Source: an uncultured Candidatus Saccharibacteria bacterium (GTDB taxonomy: Bacteria; Patescibacteriota; Minisyncoccia; Minisyncoccales; Staskawiczbacteraceae). From it: a stretch of DNA of 64,000 bases. The translations under genes and the position numbers were made by a program. This document shows positions 23,501-31,068 of the stretch, piece after piece (the first letter of the stretch is position 1; each line of letters opens with the position of its first letter). The notes beneath the pieces were generated by a model. The model saw only the letters and a list, made by a program, of their open reading frames with translations, had not been told where the DNA came from and did no database searches. The stretch covers positions 2,115-66,114 of the forward strand of contig CAYRHW010000002.1 of the NCBI GenBank assembly GCA_964424305.1. Reading direction: 5' to 3'.

Positions 23501-26500
23501 AGTCAACTGTGCCCGAGTTGTGTGTAAATGTTCCGCCAGCTTGCAACCAATTTCCGCCAACTGATAAAGTTCCCGAGCAAGAAGTTAAAGTGCCTGCAGA
23601 TATGGCTACGTTTCCCGATACAGTAACGTTTGTGCCTTGAAGAGCCCATGCTCCGCCCGTGCCGTTGATGGCAATGTTATTAAATGTACTGCCACCCGTG
23701 GTAATTGTTTTTCCGCTGGCTGTTCCGTTAAAGGTGACTGTTCCGGTTTCTGGAACGAATGTTCCTGAGTTTGACCAGTTTCCGCCAACTGTAATTGCGC
23801 ACGCGGCTCCACTGCAGTTTGCAGGCGAAACATCTAGCGTTCCTGCTGTAATTATTAAGTCATTAGTTACGTTTAATGCGGCTCCCAAAGTAAATGTTCC
23901 TTGAGTGTTAAGCGTTAAGCTGCCTAATGTTAAAGCTCCTGCGGTGCTTCCGCCCCCGCTGGCATTGTTGTTTGTAATTGTTGTTGCGGCTCCCGTGACC
24001 GTGACTAACGTGATATCTCCGCCAGCGGTGTAAGTGTTGCCCAATCCATTGTCTAACCGTATATCAACTGTTCCTGCGCCAGCGTTTAATGTGGTGCCTC
24101 CAGCCATTGTGATTACTGCTGTTCCAGAACTCCTGTTGGCATCAACCACTCCTGTTGATGCTTTTTCGTTGGCGTAGAGTGCAAGGTTGCCATCATCGGT
24201 GGTTATATTTGCGTTAATTAGAATACTTCTTCCGGCTTGCAGGGTTAAGTTGCCCCCGTTGCCTGATCCATTACTGGCCGTAACTGCGCTACTAATTGTA
24301 ATATCATTGTTGGCTTGCAATACAACGTTGCTGCCAGTGTTTAATGTTGTGGTTAGAAATGCTGGGGTTAATGTATATGTTGCAGTTGGGTCGTAAGCGA
24401 AGGTGTAACTGCTCGGGGCAGAGGCAAATGTGTTAGAAGAGACGGAATAGACTTTTTGAGCAGTAGCTTGATAGAAAGAAACAATCGTATGGTTATTAAC
24501 TACATAATCTCTTGGAACGGCCATGCTGGCACTCGCCGTAGGGCCGATAATACTATTACTACTAGAAATTGCGCCCGCACAACCCGTAGTGCCACTGCAC
24601 AGTGTAACTTCACCTGCATTTACTGTGGCTCCATTATCCCAATTAGCATTATAAACAACATAGTTTCCATTACTGAGACCTACAGACGAGGCCGCGCCAT
24701 CACTGGTCGTTGTTCCATAAAGCGAGTTAGAACTAGAAACTATTCCGGTAGTACCAGTTGTACCATTAATAAATGTGGTGGCACCAACGTCTGTTGCTGG
24801 TGAATTATCCCAACCTCCGCTACAATTTACAAAGTTTCCATTGGCAAGAGCCAGAACGCGGGGGCTGGAGCTACCACTAGCTACAGCGCCTATAGCATCA
24901 TTCGCAGTTGCTCCATAAATAGAATTAGAAGTTGAAACTGCTTGGCCGTTGCAACTATTTGTTGTGCCATTGCACCAGACTAATGCTCCAACATTAGCGG
25001 TGGCTCCGTTGTCCCAAAACGGACTACTTACCATATAATTTCCATTAACCAAAAGAGGGGTTATATATAAACCACCATTAGCACTACCTCCCACTTGGTC
25101 ACTAGTTGTTGTTCCGTAAAGCGAATTAGAGGTTGAAACAACGCCAATGCATCCAGTTGTACCACTGCACCAGGTAACAGCTCCAGCATCTACGGTTGCA
25201 CCATTATTCCATCCTGGCATCGCTACCACATAATTGCCGTTAGTCAATGGATTAACTTGTGAGCCGGAGGCGTCGCTGGCGGTGCTCCCGTAAAGCGAAT
25301 TAGAAGTAGTTACTGAGCCGGGAGTACAACCAGTCTCGCCGTTACACAAAACAACCGCTCCAATGTCTGCCTTTCCCCCGTTGTCCCAATATGGACTACC
25401 AGTAATATAATTTCCATTAGATAGGGCCTTAATAAAATATCCAATTTGATCGCTTGTTGTGGTTCCATACAAAGAATTAGAAATGGAAACTGCTTGACCA
25501 TTGCAACTACCAGTTGCGCCATTACACCAGGTTGTTGCGCCCACATCAACAGTGGCTCCGTTGTTCCAACTATAATTAGCAACCACATAATTACCATTGG
25601 TAAGAAGAGCGGGAGGGAGACTACCAACATTATCATTAATTTGCGTGCCATAAAGCGAATTAGAAGTTGAAACCGCGCCGAAGCATCCAGTTGCACCACT
25701 ACACCAAGTAATAGCCCCAGCATTAGTCGCTGCTCCATTATCCCAATTATAGCTACTAACCACATAATTCCCATTAGTTAACGTTTTAAGAACCGCCCCT
25801 ACATTATCATTTGCGGCAGAACCGACAAGCGAATTAGAAGCAGAAACCGGCTGGCCGGCGCAACTATTTGTGGTTCCATTACACCAGGTGACAGCCCCGG
25901 CGTTAGCTACAGATCCGTTGTCCCAAATCGTTGAACTAATTGCATAATTACCATTACCTACCTCAATAACAGCAAACGTCTGCCCCTGGCCTATCCTATC
26001 GCTCGCCGTTGTTCCATAAAGTGAATTAGATGTATTCATTGTTTGGCCGGCACAGTTGTTTGTTGCGCCGTTGCACAAAATAGCACCTCCGGCATCCACC
26101 ACAGCTCCATTATCCCAATTCCAATCGCTCACAACGTAATTACCATTAGATAAAGCCAAAAACATGGTTGGCATAGAAATAGAGCCCATTTGGTCACTAT
26201 TAGTAGAGCCAACAAGAGAATTAGAAGTAGAAACCGTACCCGAGCAACCAGCTGTGCCGCTGCACCAGGTTACTGCACCAGCGTCTGTCACGGCTCCATT
26301 GTCCCAAGTTGAACTTCTAATAACATAATTCCCATTAGTTAGGGAAGAAATACTATTCGAACCAACCTGGTCGCTTGCAGTTGTACCGGTTATTGTAGAA
26401 ATTAAAGCGCCCGTTTCTCCATTAAATAAATAAACAGCTCCTGCATTACTTGCTACAAGGTCGTCGCCATAGTCCGCTACTGGCACATTCCCATTAGTAA

Positions 26501-29500
26501 TTGGCACAGCAGCAAGAGCAATTGTGGAAGACACGTTTAAAAAATTATAACCAATCTGCTGACCGTATGTTCCTGTATCCGGATTCGGGTCCACCAGCTC
26601 AAAGTAATACATGGATCCCGACGGCGCTTGGCCAGACGAAGAAATAGTAATATTCTTAGGATCAAAAAGAATTGTACCCGCTGCTCCTTTTTCTGAAGAC
26701 GCGTCGGTTTTGGCGTCCGGGGAAATAGATAAGTCTCCACTTGAAGATATTTCAATTGTTCCACCTGCTGCATCTGTGCTCTTTGCGTTGGCTAATCCAT
26801 CAAACTTTGTTGATTTATCAGACCAAACAACAATGGTTCCACCATTTCCCGTATTTCCATTTGCTTTTAATGTAGTGGTTGGAGAAATAACAGTTTCGTG
26901 AGATTGAACCATTGAACCTTGCCCGTGCATGTCACCTCCAATCTTGATTGTTCCGCCCTGGTTCTCTCCCGAAGCATTTAACTTAGAGCCGAATAGTTTA
27001 ATAAAGATTGCAGCTTCAAGGGTGATGTTGCCTCCGTTGTCTCCAGAAACGTCATACTTGCCAGATGCAAAGATGTGGCTAGCGAATCCTTTGCTTCCAT
27101 TTAAATAGATTGTATTTCCCGAAACAATACTGCTTTCGCTGTCGATGTATGCACCGCTAAAATTTAAATTGACACCCCACGCTGAAATTGTCCCCTGCTG
27201 TAGGATGTTTCTTGAGCTGATGTTGACTTGGCCGGCCGAGCAATTAGCGTCAGCGTCGAGCATAACTACGCCAGAGCTTAGGTTGATTCGCCCACCGTTG
27301 CTGCTCAATTCTCCAATAATTTCAATGCGTCCCGAGGAGTTTTCGTTGTCTTCTGAGTTTAAAGAAATGTCGCTGGTAGAATCAATGGAAGAGTTGGATA
27401 CAATAGAGTTGCCGGCGGTGATGATTAAAGAAGCGTCGTCTCCGCTGGTTTTAGCAATTGGATCGTTTAGGGTGATGTCGCCTTCTGCTTTCAGGGTGAC
27501 TGCTTTGCCTGAGTTTAGTGCCGAGTTGATATCGTCAACGTTAACGTTGCCTCCGCCAGATCCAGCTTCCCAGCCAGGAGCCTCACCGGCATTTGTTGTC
27601 GGGTCGCTACTCACAGTAAGGTTGTTTGACGGAACAGAAACGTAGTCGAAAGAGATATCACCTGAGATTTTTAAATAGAATGTTGTAGCTGGCTGAGAAA
27701 GATTGGACAGCGGAATACTATAAGAGCCCTCCTGATCAATGTTGTTTAAATTGGCAATCCATTGATTTCCATCCTGAGTGTAAACATCTATCGAATCAGA
27801 TTGTCCGTCGTAAGCGGGCTTAGTATATATATTGATAACTCCCGTGGCGTCTAGCTCCTTGCTGAAAGTGAGTTTAATATATTTGTTGTTTTCAATGGTT
27901 ATCCATTTTCCGTCTTGGATTTTTACAGAGTCATAAATATCTTCTGTAATAGTTTTGTCTTCATCAAGCTTAAATGCCTTAGAGGTGAATACGATCTTAA
28001 ATGTTTGACTGCTAGACAGGGCGGAAATCGTCCACTCTAGGTAATCTAATTTTCCGTTGTCGTCATTGTCATAGGCCTTGAAGTCAACAGCAGTATCTGT
28101 GTTGTCTGGGTTCTGTAGTTTGACTTGTATTTTGCTTTCCTGACCAACGTCGTATATCTCCGGAATGTTAGTATGGGCAACGACGTCTGTGAACAAAACT
28201 TGTTTGGCTAAGCAATCTTGGTATGCAGCTTCTTCGTCAGTCAAGGCTTCGGTGGGCGCGGTCTCCGGTTCAGTTGAGGGCGGCGTGAGCACAGAAGCAT
28301 CTGACTGACTTGTGGTATCTTGGGTAATTGTTGGTGTTTCGGTGACAGATGGTTGTTCTGTTGGGGCCGATGTCTCAGCCGGTGCGATAATTGTCTCAAC
28401 TATTTGGCTAATTGCTTGTTCTAAATCTGCAAACAAATACCTGTTTATCGTGGATAAAATATTTGACACCGCATTTGCTAGGCTGGCTATGCTGTTTTTG
28501 AAGACAAAAGAAATAGGACTGTTGCTCTTATTTGCCGGGTTTAATGATTCGCAATCAATCCCTTCTGTATTTAATGAGGAAACGGTGACCATCTTACCCG
28601 TGTCTGTTGTTTCTTGTTTTAAAATTGGGGCTGGTGTTTCGTAGGTGACTTCAACAACGTCTGTGGTTGATATTTCCGGTGCCAGTGGTATTGCCGGGGT
28701 TTCTTCCGGAGCTGACGGAACTTCTACAGCAGGAGGCGCCTCTGTTGATGTGGTTTCCGGTGCCGATATGATCTCAGTTAGCGCAGGGGCAACTTCTTCT
28801 ACCGTTGGAGTGGTTGCTTCCTCCGGGATCTGACTGGACAAATCAACCACCTTTGAGTCATCTGCGGTTGATATTTCCGGTTGAGTTATTGTTTCAATAA
28901 TTTGGCCAACACCGTCTCCTACACTGGAAAGGAAAAACTTGCTGAGGCCGGATAAAAGACTGCCGAGAAAAAAATTGGATTGTTTTGAGGCTGCAGATAG
29001 TTGTTTGCGTTCTTTTGAAGAGAGCTGCTGGGTGTTCTTTACGTTGGCCTGGGCCACAAGTGCATCAGCTTGCTGCCTAGAGATAGTTTTTATCTTGATG
29101 TTCTTTGCATTTTTGGGAAGTTTTAGCAGATACTGGGTTTTTGTGAGGTCACTTTTGTTAATCAAGATAGCTCTCTTGATGGGTTGGCCCTGGGCTACCA
29201 CTAAGATAGTCTCTGTTATCTTGGTCTGGTTGGCTTTAATAAATGCTGTCTGGTCTATCTTTGGCTTTGAAAGATTGATAAATGCAACTGTAGCAGATAA
29301 CAAAAGAAAGACCGAGAGGGCGGCATAGGAAGAGATGAGAATGATTTTCCTTTTTCGCTGTTCAAATTCCCTTAGGAGCTCGGGATTAATAAAGCTAGGA
29401 GAGGCTGATCTATTCTTTTTCTTTTTGAAAAATAGGGATTTAATAAAATGCTGGCTTTTAATAAACCCTTTCCCAAGAGAAACAAAAACACCCTTTAGTT

Positions 29501-29528
29501 TTTCTGCAATTTGTTGTTGGGTTAACAT
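17550..29528 (-). CDS. Giant surface protein 1 (3992 aa): N-terminal TM, conserved N module, FHA-like beta-helix, DUF5650-like repeats, DUF2341/LamG-like, Ig/FN3-like, carboxypeptidase-regulatory-like domain, C-terminal TM
   Basis: Uninterrupted ORF, Gly/Ser/Thr-rich; GGTIVVWSD..GTILFDPKNITI; NGNYVV..WDNG..AGAVTW repeats; YKKAVTIDYTKV..NFPVLL; GILDEFRVS; INPQITDDTGRYAFL; hydrophobic tail then basic residues. Confidence 0.9.
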   Translation of the reverse strand: MLTQQQIAEKLKGVFVSLGKGFIKSQHFIKSLFFKKKKNRSASPSFINPELLREFEQRKRKIILISSYAALSVFLLLSATVAFINLSKPKIDQTAFIKANQTKITETILVVAQGQPIKRAILINKSDLTKTQYLLKLPKNAKNIKIKTISRQQADALVAQANVKNTQQLSSKERKQLSAASKQSNFFLGSLLSGLSKFFLSSVGDGVGQIIETITQPEISTADDSKVVDLSSQIPEEATTPTVEEVAPALTEIISAPETTSTEAPPAVEVPSAPEETPAIPLAPEISTTDVVEVTYETPAPILKQETTDTGKMVTVSSLNTEGIDCESLNPANKSNSPISFVFKNSIASLANAVSNILSTINRYLFADLEQAISQIVETIIAPAETSAPTEQPSVTETPTITQDTTSQSDASVLTPPSTEPETAPTEALTDEEAAYQDCLAKQVLFTDVVAHTNIPEIYDVGQESKIQVKLQNPDNTDTAVDFKAYDNDDNGKLDYLEWTISALSSSQTFKIVFTSKAFKLDEDKTITEDIYDSVKIQDGKWITIENNKYIKLTFSKELDATGVINIYTKPAYDGQSDSIDVYTQDGNQWIANLNNIDQEGSYSIPLSNLSQPATTFYLKISGDISFDYVSVPSNNLTVSSDPTTNAGEAPGWEAGSGGGNVNVDDINSALNSGKAVTLKAEGDITLNDPIAKTSGDDASLIITAGNSIVSNSSIDSTSDISLNSEDNENSSGRIEIIGELSSNGGRINLSSGVVMLDADANCSAGQVNISSRNILQQGTISAWGVNLNFSGAYIDSESSIVSGNTIYLNGSKGFASHIFASGKYDVSGDNGGNITLEAAIFIKLFGSKLNASGENQGGTIKIGGDMHGQGSMVQSHETVISPTTTLKANGNTGNGGTIVVWSDKSTKFDGLANAKSTDAAGGTIEISSSGDLSISPDAKTDASSEKGAAGTILFDPKNITISSSGQAPSGSMYYFELVDPNPDTGTYGQQIGYNFLNVSSTIALAAVPITNGNVPVADYGDDLVASNAGAVYLFNGETGALISTITGTTASDQVGSNSISSLTNGNYVIRSSTWDNGAVTDAGAVTWCSGTAGCSGTVSTSNSLVGSTNSDQMGSISMPTMFLALSNGNYVVSDWNWDNGAVVDAGGAILCNGATNNCAGQTMNTSNSLYGTTASDRIGQGQTFAVIEVGNGNYAISSTIWDNGSVANAGAVTWCNGTTNSCAGQPVSASNSLVGSAANDNVGAVLKTLTNGNYVVSSYNWDNGAATNAGAITWCSGATGCFGAVSTSNSLYGTQINDNVGSLPPALLTNGNYVVANYSWNNGATVDVGATTWCNGATGSCNGQAVSISNSLYGTTTSDQIGYFIKALSNGNYITGSPYWDNGGKADIGAVVLCNGETGCTPGSVTTSNSLYGSTASDASGSQVNPLTNGNYVVAMPGWNNGATVDAGAVTWCSGTTGCIGVVSTSNSLYGTTTSDQVGGSANGGLYITPLLVNGNYMVSSPFWDNGATANVGALVWCNGTTNSCNGQAVSTSNSIYGATANDAIGAVASGSSSPRVLALANGNFVNCSGGWDNSPATDVGATTFINGTTGTTGIVSSSNSLYGTTTSDGAASSVGLSNGNYVVYNANWDNGATVNAGEVTLCSGTTGCAGAISSSNSIIGPTASASMAVPRDYVVNNHTIVSFYQATAQKVYSVSSNTFASAPSSYTFAYDPTATYTLTPAFLTTTLNTGSNVVLQANNDITISSAVTASNGSGNGGNLTLQAGRSILINANITTDDGNLALYANEKASTGVVDANRSSGTAVITMAGGTTLNAGAGTVDIRLDNGLGNTYTAGGDITLVTVTGAATTITNNNASGGGSTAGALTLGSLTLNTQGTFTLGAALNVTNDLIITAGTLDVSPANCSGAACAITVGGNWSNSGTFVPETGTVTFNGTASGKTITTGGSTFNNIAINGTGGAWALQGTNVTVSGNVAISAGTLTSCSGTLSVGGNWLQAGGTFTHNSGTVDFNGSGTQDVSLGSSSFNNFTHSGSSTLYSWAYKKAVTIDYTKVSSDQTNFPVLLYINGDADLYAHAQSAGQDLVFMDASGTRLTHEIEYYSRGGSSDTAYVWVKVPTLSSTADTTLYMNYGNPTCASQQNATGVWSNGYTAVYHLPNGTSLTANDSLGVNNGTVSGATATPGEIDGGGNFVSSSSQYINMGTGSSIADLVNTSGSGSVAWSFWINPTTNTSGTIAARNDGNTVSPGWWISFETGPLLRFTTERATTNARKQITAPSTGAWSYVVIEGDTHSINPTMTIYVNGVSQAVSSANTGVGTSGSDSSQTFYVGRYGAAVGGGNGFLNGILDEFRVSTTARSTGWVLTEYNNQSDQTMGSGHFVKSIGAESTNSLSAAGNLINSNGTAIAGSANISVGGSLTASGGTLAIGNKDLAVTGNSTVTGGTVTIGTSAVNGWTTADMTIGTGGTVTCSGNSKITASGNWDSSAGTFTPTSGTVYLTGTGNLSPGANNNFINLSITGSGTYTTTTTLNVGTSGVGTLTVSGATLTLDNATNLTGGVDNFVNIATTLKGNAGLLITPSANVNLPALTRDGTGRVYFQSYGATAKTITMTGNWNLAGDLYVGYWNSQGSISPMTLNTGGNSLTVNNLKLASGTGTDIGKLDLSTGTPAITINGSFSAVYGDNTINTANLGATNISIKGDWDTTKIGITPGTSAVTFNGTGTQNITSNGQLFNILTVTNASSGGVTFADQLQTAILNDITNASTLKFAAASLASPHTISTTLNISGGAGTNNITLAPSSAAVTWYILAPASTTVTNAIVSYSYAKTNHIIPSGCTDLVPGSNTNWDFDTTPPSLVSPPGVSPATLIYDNSAPTVDIANVGTCTDSGSGLNAAPYQISYSDVGTSPGTGCSGKSYTIITTWSTTHSASFIGTDGHYYCMKLECKDVANNSTAYYSANNILYDITAPTNSIGAPSASLTNTGPITYTITYGGADSISLVAGNVTLNKTGSADGSVAVSGSGTATRTVTISSITGDGTLGISIAAATASDNAGNTSLGAGPSTAFTVDNTAPNITGLSDDSTPAKSKTWTWSSSDGTATFRYLVDQTIGSSPSGSYDSTITVTQSSGNGTYYIHVQAIDPVGNPSSVTTVSAVLDNTAPTVSGVTSPLDNGNYTINQIVPVQVSFSEDVIVSGIPQLILSTSSPSTTAVDYLSGSGTNTITFNYTVASGNASTDLDYTSTTALVLNGGTIKDAVGNNAILTLASPGSTNSLGANKALVIDTTGPTLSFSNNVAAGPVISDTVTGSWGDASVKKWEYDADGVCPVSAGSYSKTDSDSINQTTVDNNTKYICLYGEDVAGNSATTASAYDINIDVTPPTLSLVADSASQITVTWTAYSNPTGTEYYGENTTDSTNSGWITTTTWISSGLVCNTSYTFTVKAKNGGAETAMSTSSVTTAGCPGGGSLPVGAYLPPSAPLTGFLVQINNGAMTTNTQDVALTLRGSSDTFRMSVSNDPNFTNAIQESYAITKQWRLSDGQGQKTVYVKFFTTYGVSSDTITATINYRIPNILTPIIDIINPPTPPITPIEPPIPPQPPVEEVVPQKAPDALSNIWDTMPTKSIERFVLQPLPKELRVLAGKFPQLDKALTEIGITKITDVEKLYGNSLSLSGLSQAIEQNVRLSGLGSPLVDPKDFTLPQGVSLDHLTLQLKERVPTDILFVRSGSGTVDKETSITMGDQGEIQQKVSVMAGKDVQLIIKPEGSVKTIKGYLIFKQKGKKETTESILKKTAASLLSPALTDGGENLEQALVVKEFYYEDADGDGIWTANVSMPVVDGEYEIISVMEYNNIKLLPKELKLVTVIDPEGYIYYQTSQGKMRIEGAKASLFWLNPETREYELWPAKNYQQINPQITDDTGRYAFLAPQGTYQLLVEAKGYSPYRGESIEVVWGNEIHQNIGLEKSFWLLRYFDWKAGIILVIVILLAINFYRDRIRELINKKGKNTP
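24540..26500 (-). repeat. About 11 tandem DUF5650-like protein repeats of roughly 55-65 aa in giant protein 1
   Basis: Recurrent L(T/S)NGNYVV-x3-WDNGATxxAGAVTWCxGxTGCxGxVSTSNSLYGTT. Confidence 0.85.
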
Positions 29529-29559
29529 TTAACTATAATTAAACAAAAATACAAAAGAT
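29521..29559 (-). repeat. 5' region of giant gene 1, shared with giant gene 2 (41138..41178)
   Basis: Both carry plus-strand GTTAACATTTAACTAT and AAAAATACAAAAGAT around the start codon. Confidence 0.75.
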
Positions 29560-29717
29560 GTCTTTTTTAATATTAAATAATGATATAATAAAAATGGACG
29601 TGAATCAAATTATATAATACTCCCATTGAGGCCTAGGCCTACAATTCTTCAATTTCATTAGACAAATTAAAGAAACTGAGTCATTATTGAAGAGTACACC
29701 TTGTTGATTGTTTGATA

Positions 29718-29748
29718 GCTCCTTAGACAAGCCAAAGGAAGGGAACGA
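29718..29748 (+). promoter_or_regulatory. boxA-like plus SD leader of the PEP-CTERM gene
   Basis: GCTCCTTAGACAAGCCAAAGGAAGGGAACGA-ATG. Confidence 0.55.
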
Positions 29749-30555
29749 ATGATGAAGAGCCGAGGGATCGCAAAATTACTATTTGCATCAGCGCATTTTC
29801 TGTTCATTATTACAATCCTGACACCATGTTTGAAAATAGAGGCGGCGATGGTCACGATACCAAATATCCCTGCATATTACTGGTACCATGGATGCACGCC
29901 CACTGCGATGGCCGCAATCCTGGGCCACTGGGATATTCAGGGATACACCAATTTGTTTAAAGCCCAAGGTAACGACCTATACCTGACGGCGAATGTACAA
30001 GACGAAATATCATCACCGGCTCATAATGCAAAATACGATTCAACCCCCGATGATCCGAACCTACCAACTCCGCCTAAGGAGAGTATCGCTGACTGGATCG
30101 GGACATCGGTTGATCCAGTCGCCTTCGGAGGAACTTATATCTACAAAACAACGGCTGGCTTCGTTGACTACGCCGCCTACAAAGGATACACCTTCCAGGC
30201 CACACGCATCCTAGCCGATGCAACCTGGACGGCCCTTATTGCCGAGGTTGATTTGGGGAGACCCATGCTATTCTATGTTGATTCCAATGGAGACGGCACG
30301 TCCGACCACACTGTCCCCGTATTCGGATACGACGACCGAGGCATTGGTGGCCAGTGGTATGCATGCTATACCACCTGGAGCGAAGACGAAGTTCCTGTCT
30401 GGAAAGAATACCAAAACCTCGCCGCTGGTAACATCTACGGGGTTTATGGCTCCACCCAGGTGATTCCTCCCCCGTTGCCAGAGCCCTCTACAATCATATT
30501 TATACTGTTAAGTTCACCGCTGATTTTTTCCAGACGCAAACCCCCACTTCATTAA
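29749..30555 (+). CDS. Secreted papain/C39-like cysteine peptidase-like protein with PEP-CTERM-like sorting tail
   Basis: Signal peptide (IEA-AM); YHGCTPTAMAAILGHWD (candidate catalytic Cys); GRPMLF..DHTVPVFGYD (His); C-terminal LPEPSTIIFILLSSPLIFSRRK. Confidence 0.78.
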   Translation: MMKSRGIAKLLFASAHFLFIITILTPCLKIEAAMVTIPNIPAYYWYHGCTPTAMAAILGHWDIQGYTNLFKAQGNDLYLTANVQDEISSPAHNAKYDSTPDDPNLPTPPKESIADWIGTSVDPVAFGGTYIYKTTAGFVDYAAYKGYTFQATRILADATWTALIAEVDLGRPMLFYVDSNGDGTSDHTVPVFGYDDRGIGGQWYACYTTWSEDEVPVWKEYQNLAAGNIYGVYGSTQVIPPPLPEPSTIIFILLSSPLIFSRRKPPLH

Positions 30556-30583
30556 TCGTTATAATAATTAGACCCTTCCAAAG

Positions 30584-30614
30584 AAAACCTGAATAACTCT
30601 AGTTCGGGTTTTTT
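30584..30614 (+). terminator. Terminator of the PEP-CTERM gene
   Basis: AAAACCTGAA...TTCGGGTTTTTT. Confidence 0.65.
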
Positions 30615-30632
30615 GATTATATATTCACACTT

Positions 30633-30670
30633 CACCAAAAAAGCGACGCTGGGCGTCGCTTAAATCACCC
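30633..30670 (-). terminator. Terminator closing giant-protein cassette 2 (paralog of 16757..16794)
   Basis: GGGTGATTT-AAGCGACGC-CCA-GCGTCGCTT-TTTTGGTG; flanks match those of the cassette 1 terminator. Confidence 0.78.
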
Positions 30671-30686
30671 TCTACAGCAACTCTTA

Positions 30687-31055
30687 TTAATATCTAATCC
30701 TATTAATCAACAAATCCAAAAGTACCTTTACCTCCTCCCGCGCTTGAATTTCACTTCCCGCTTCTGTAAATTTTTTCCACTGATCTATAATTTCCTTATT
30801 ATTGGTTCCCCTAACAGCATTCTCGAGCTGAAGACGATCTTCAAAAGAAACGTCTGTAGTGGCTTTAATCACCTTGGTAACAAATAGTTTAGTAAAATCT
30901 AATATCGCGTCATTCTGCTGATAGACTAGATTAAGAGCTCTATACGTCTGCGCATCTTTATAATAAATATAACACTGTCCACTAAGGATAATAATAATTC
31001 CGACAAGAGCAATAATAGAGATTAATAGGACAGTACGTTTGTTTATATTTATCAT
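30687..31055 (-). CDS. Small TM-anchored partner protein, SFEDRL family (paralog C)
   Basis: N-terminal TM, ILDFTKLF..VSFEDRLQLENAVR..IDQWKKF..EVKVLLDLLINRI; directly after giant gene 2. Confidence 0.82.
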   Translation of the reverse strand: MININKRTVLLISIIALVGIIIILSGQCYIYYKDAQTYRALNLVYQQNDAILDFTKLFVTKVIKATTDVSFEDRLQLENAVRGTNNKEIIDQWKKFTEAGSEIQAREEVKVLLDLLINRIRY

Positions 31056-31068
31056 AAAAATTTATAAA

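Noticed and set aside
29629-29640. Palindrome AGGCCTAGGCCT between giant gene 1 and the PEP-CTERM gene
   Set aside because: Single short palindrome with no second copy noticed; could be chance
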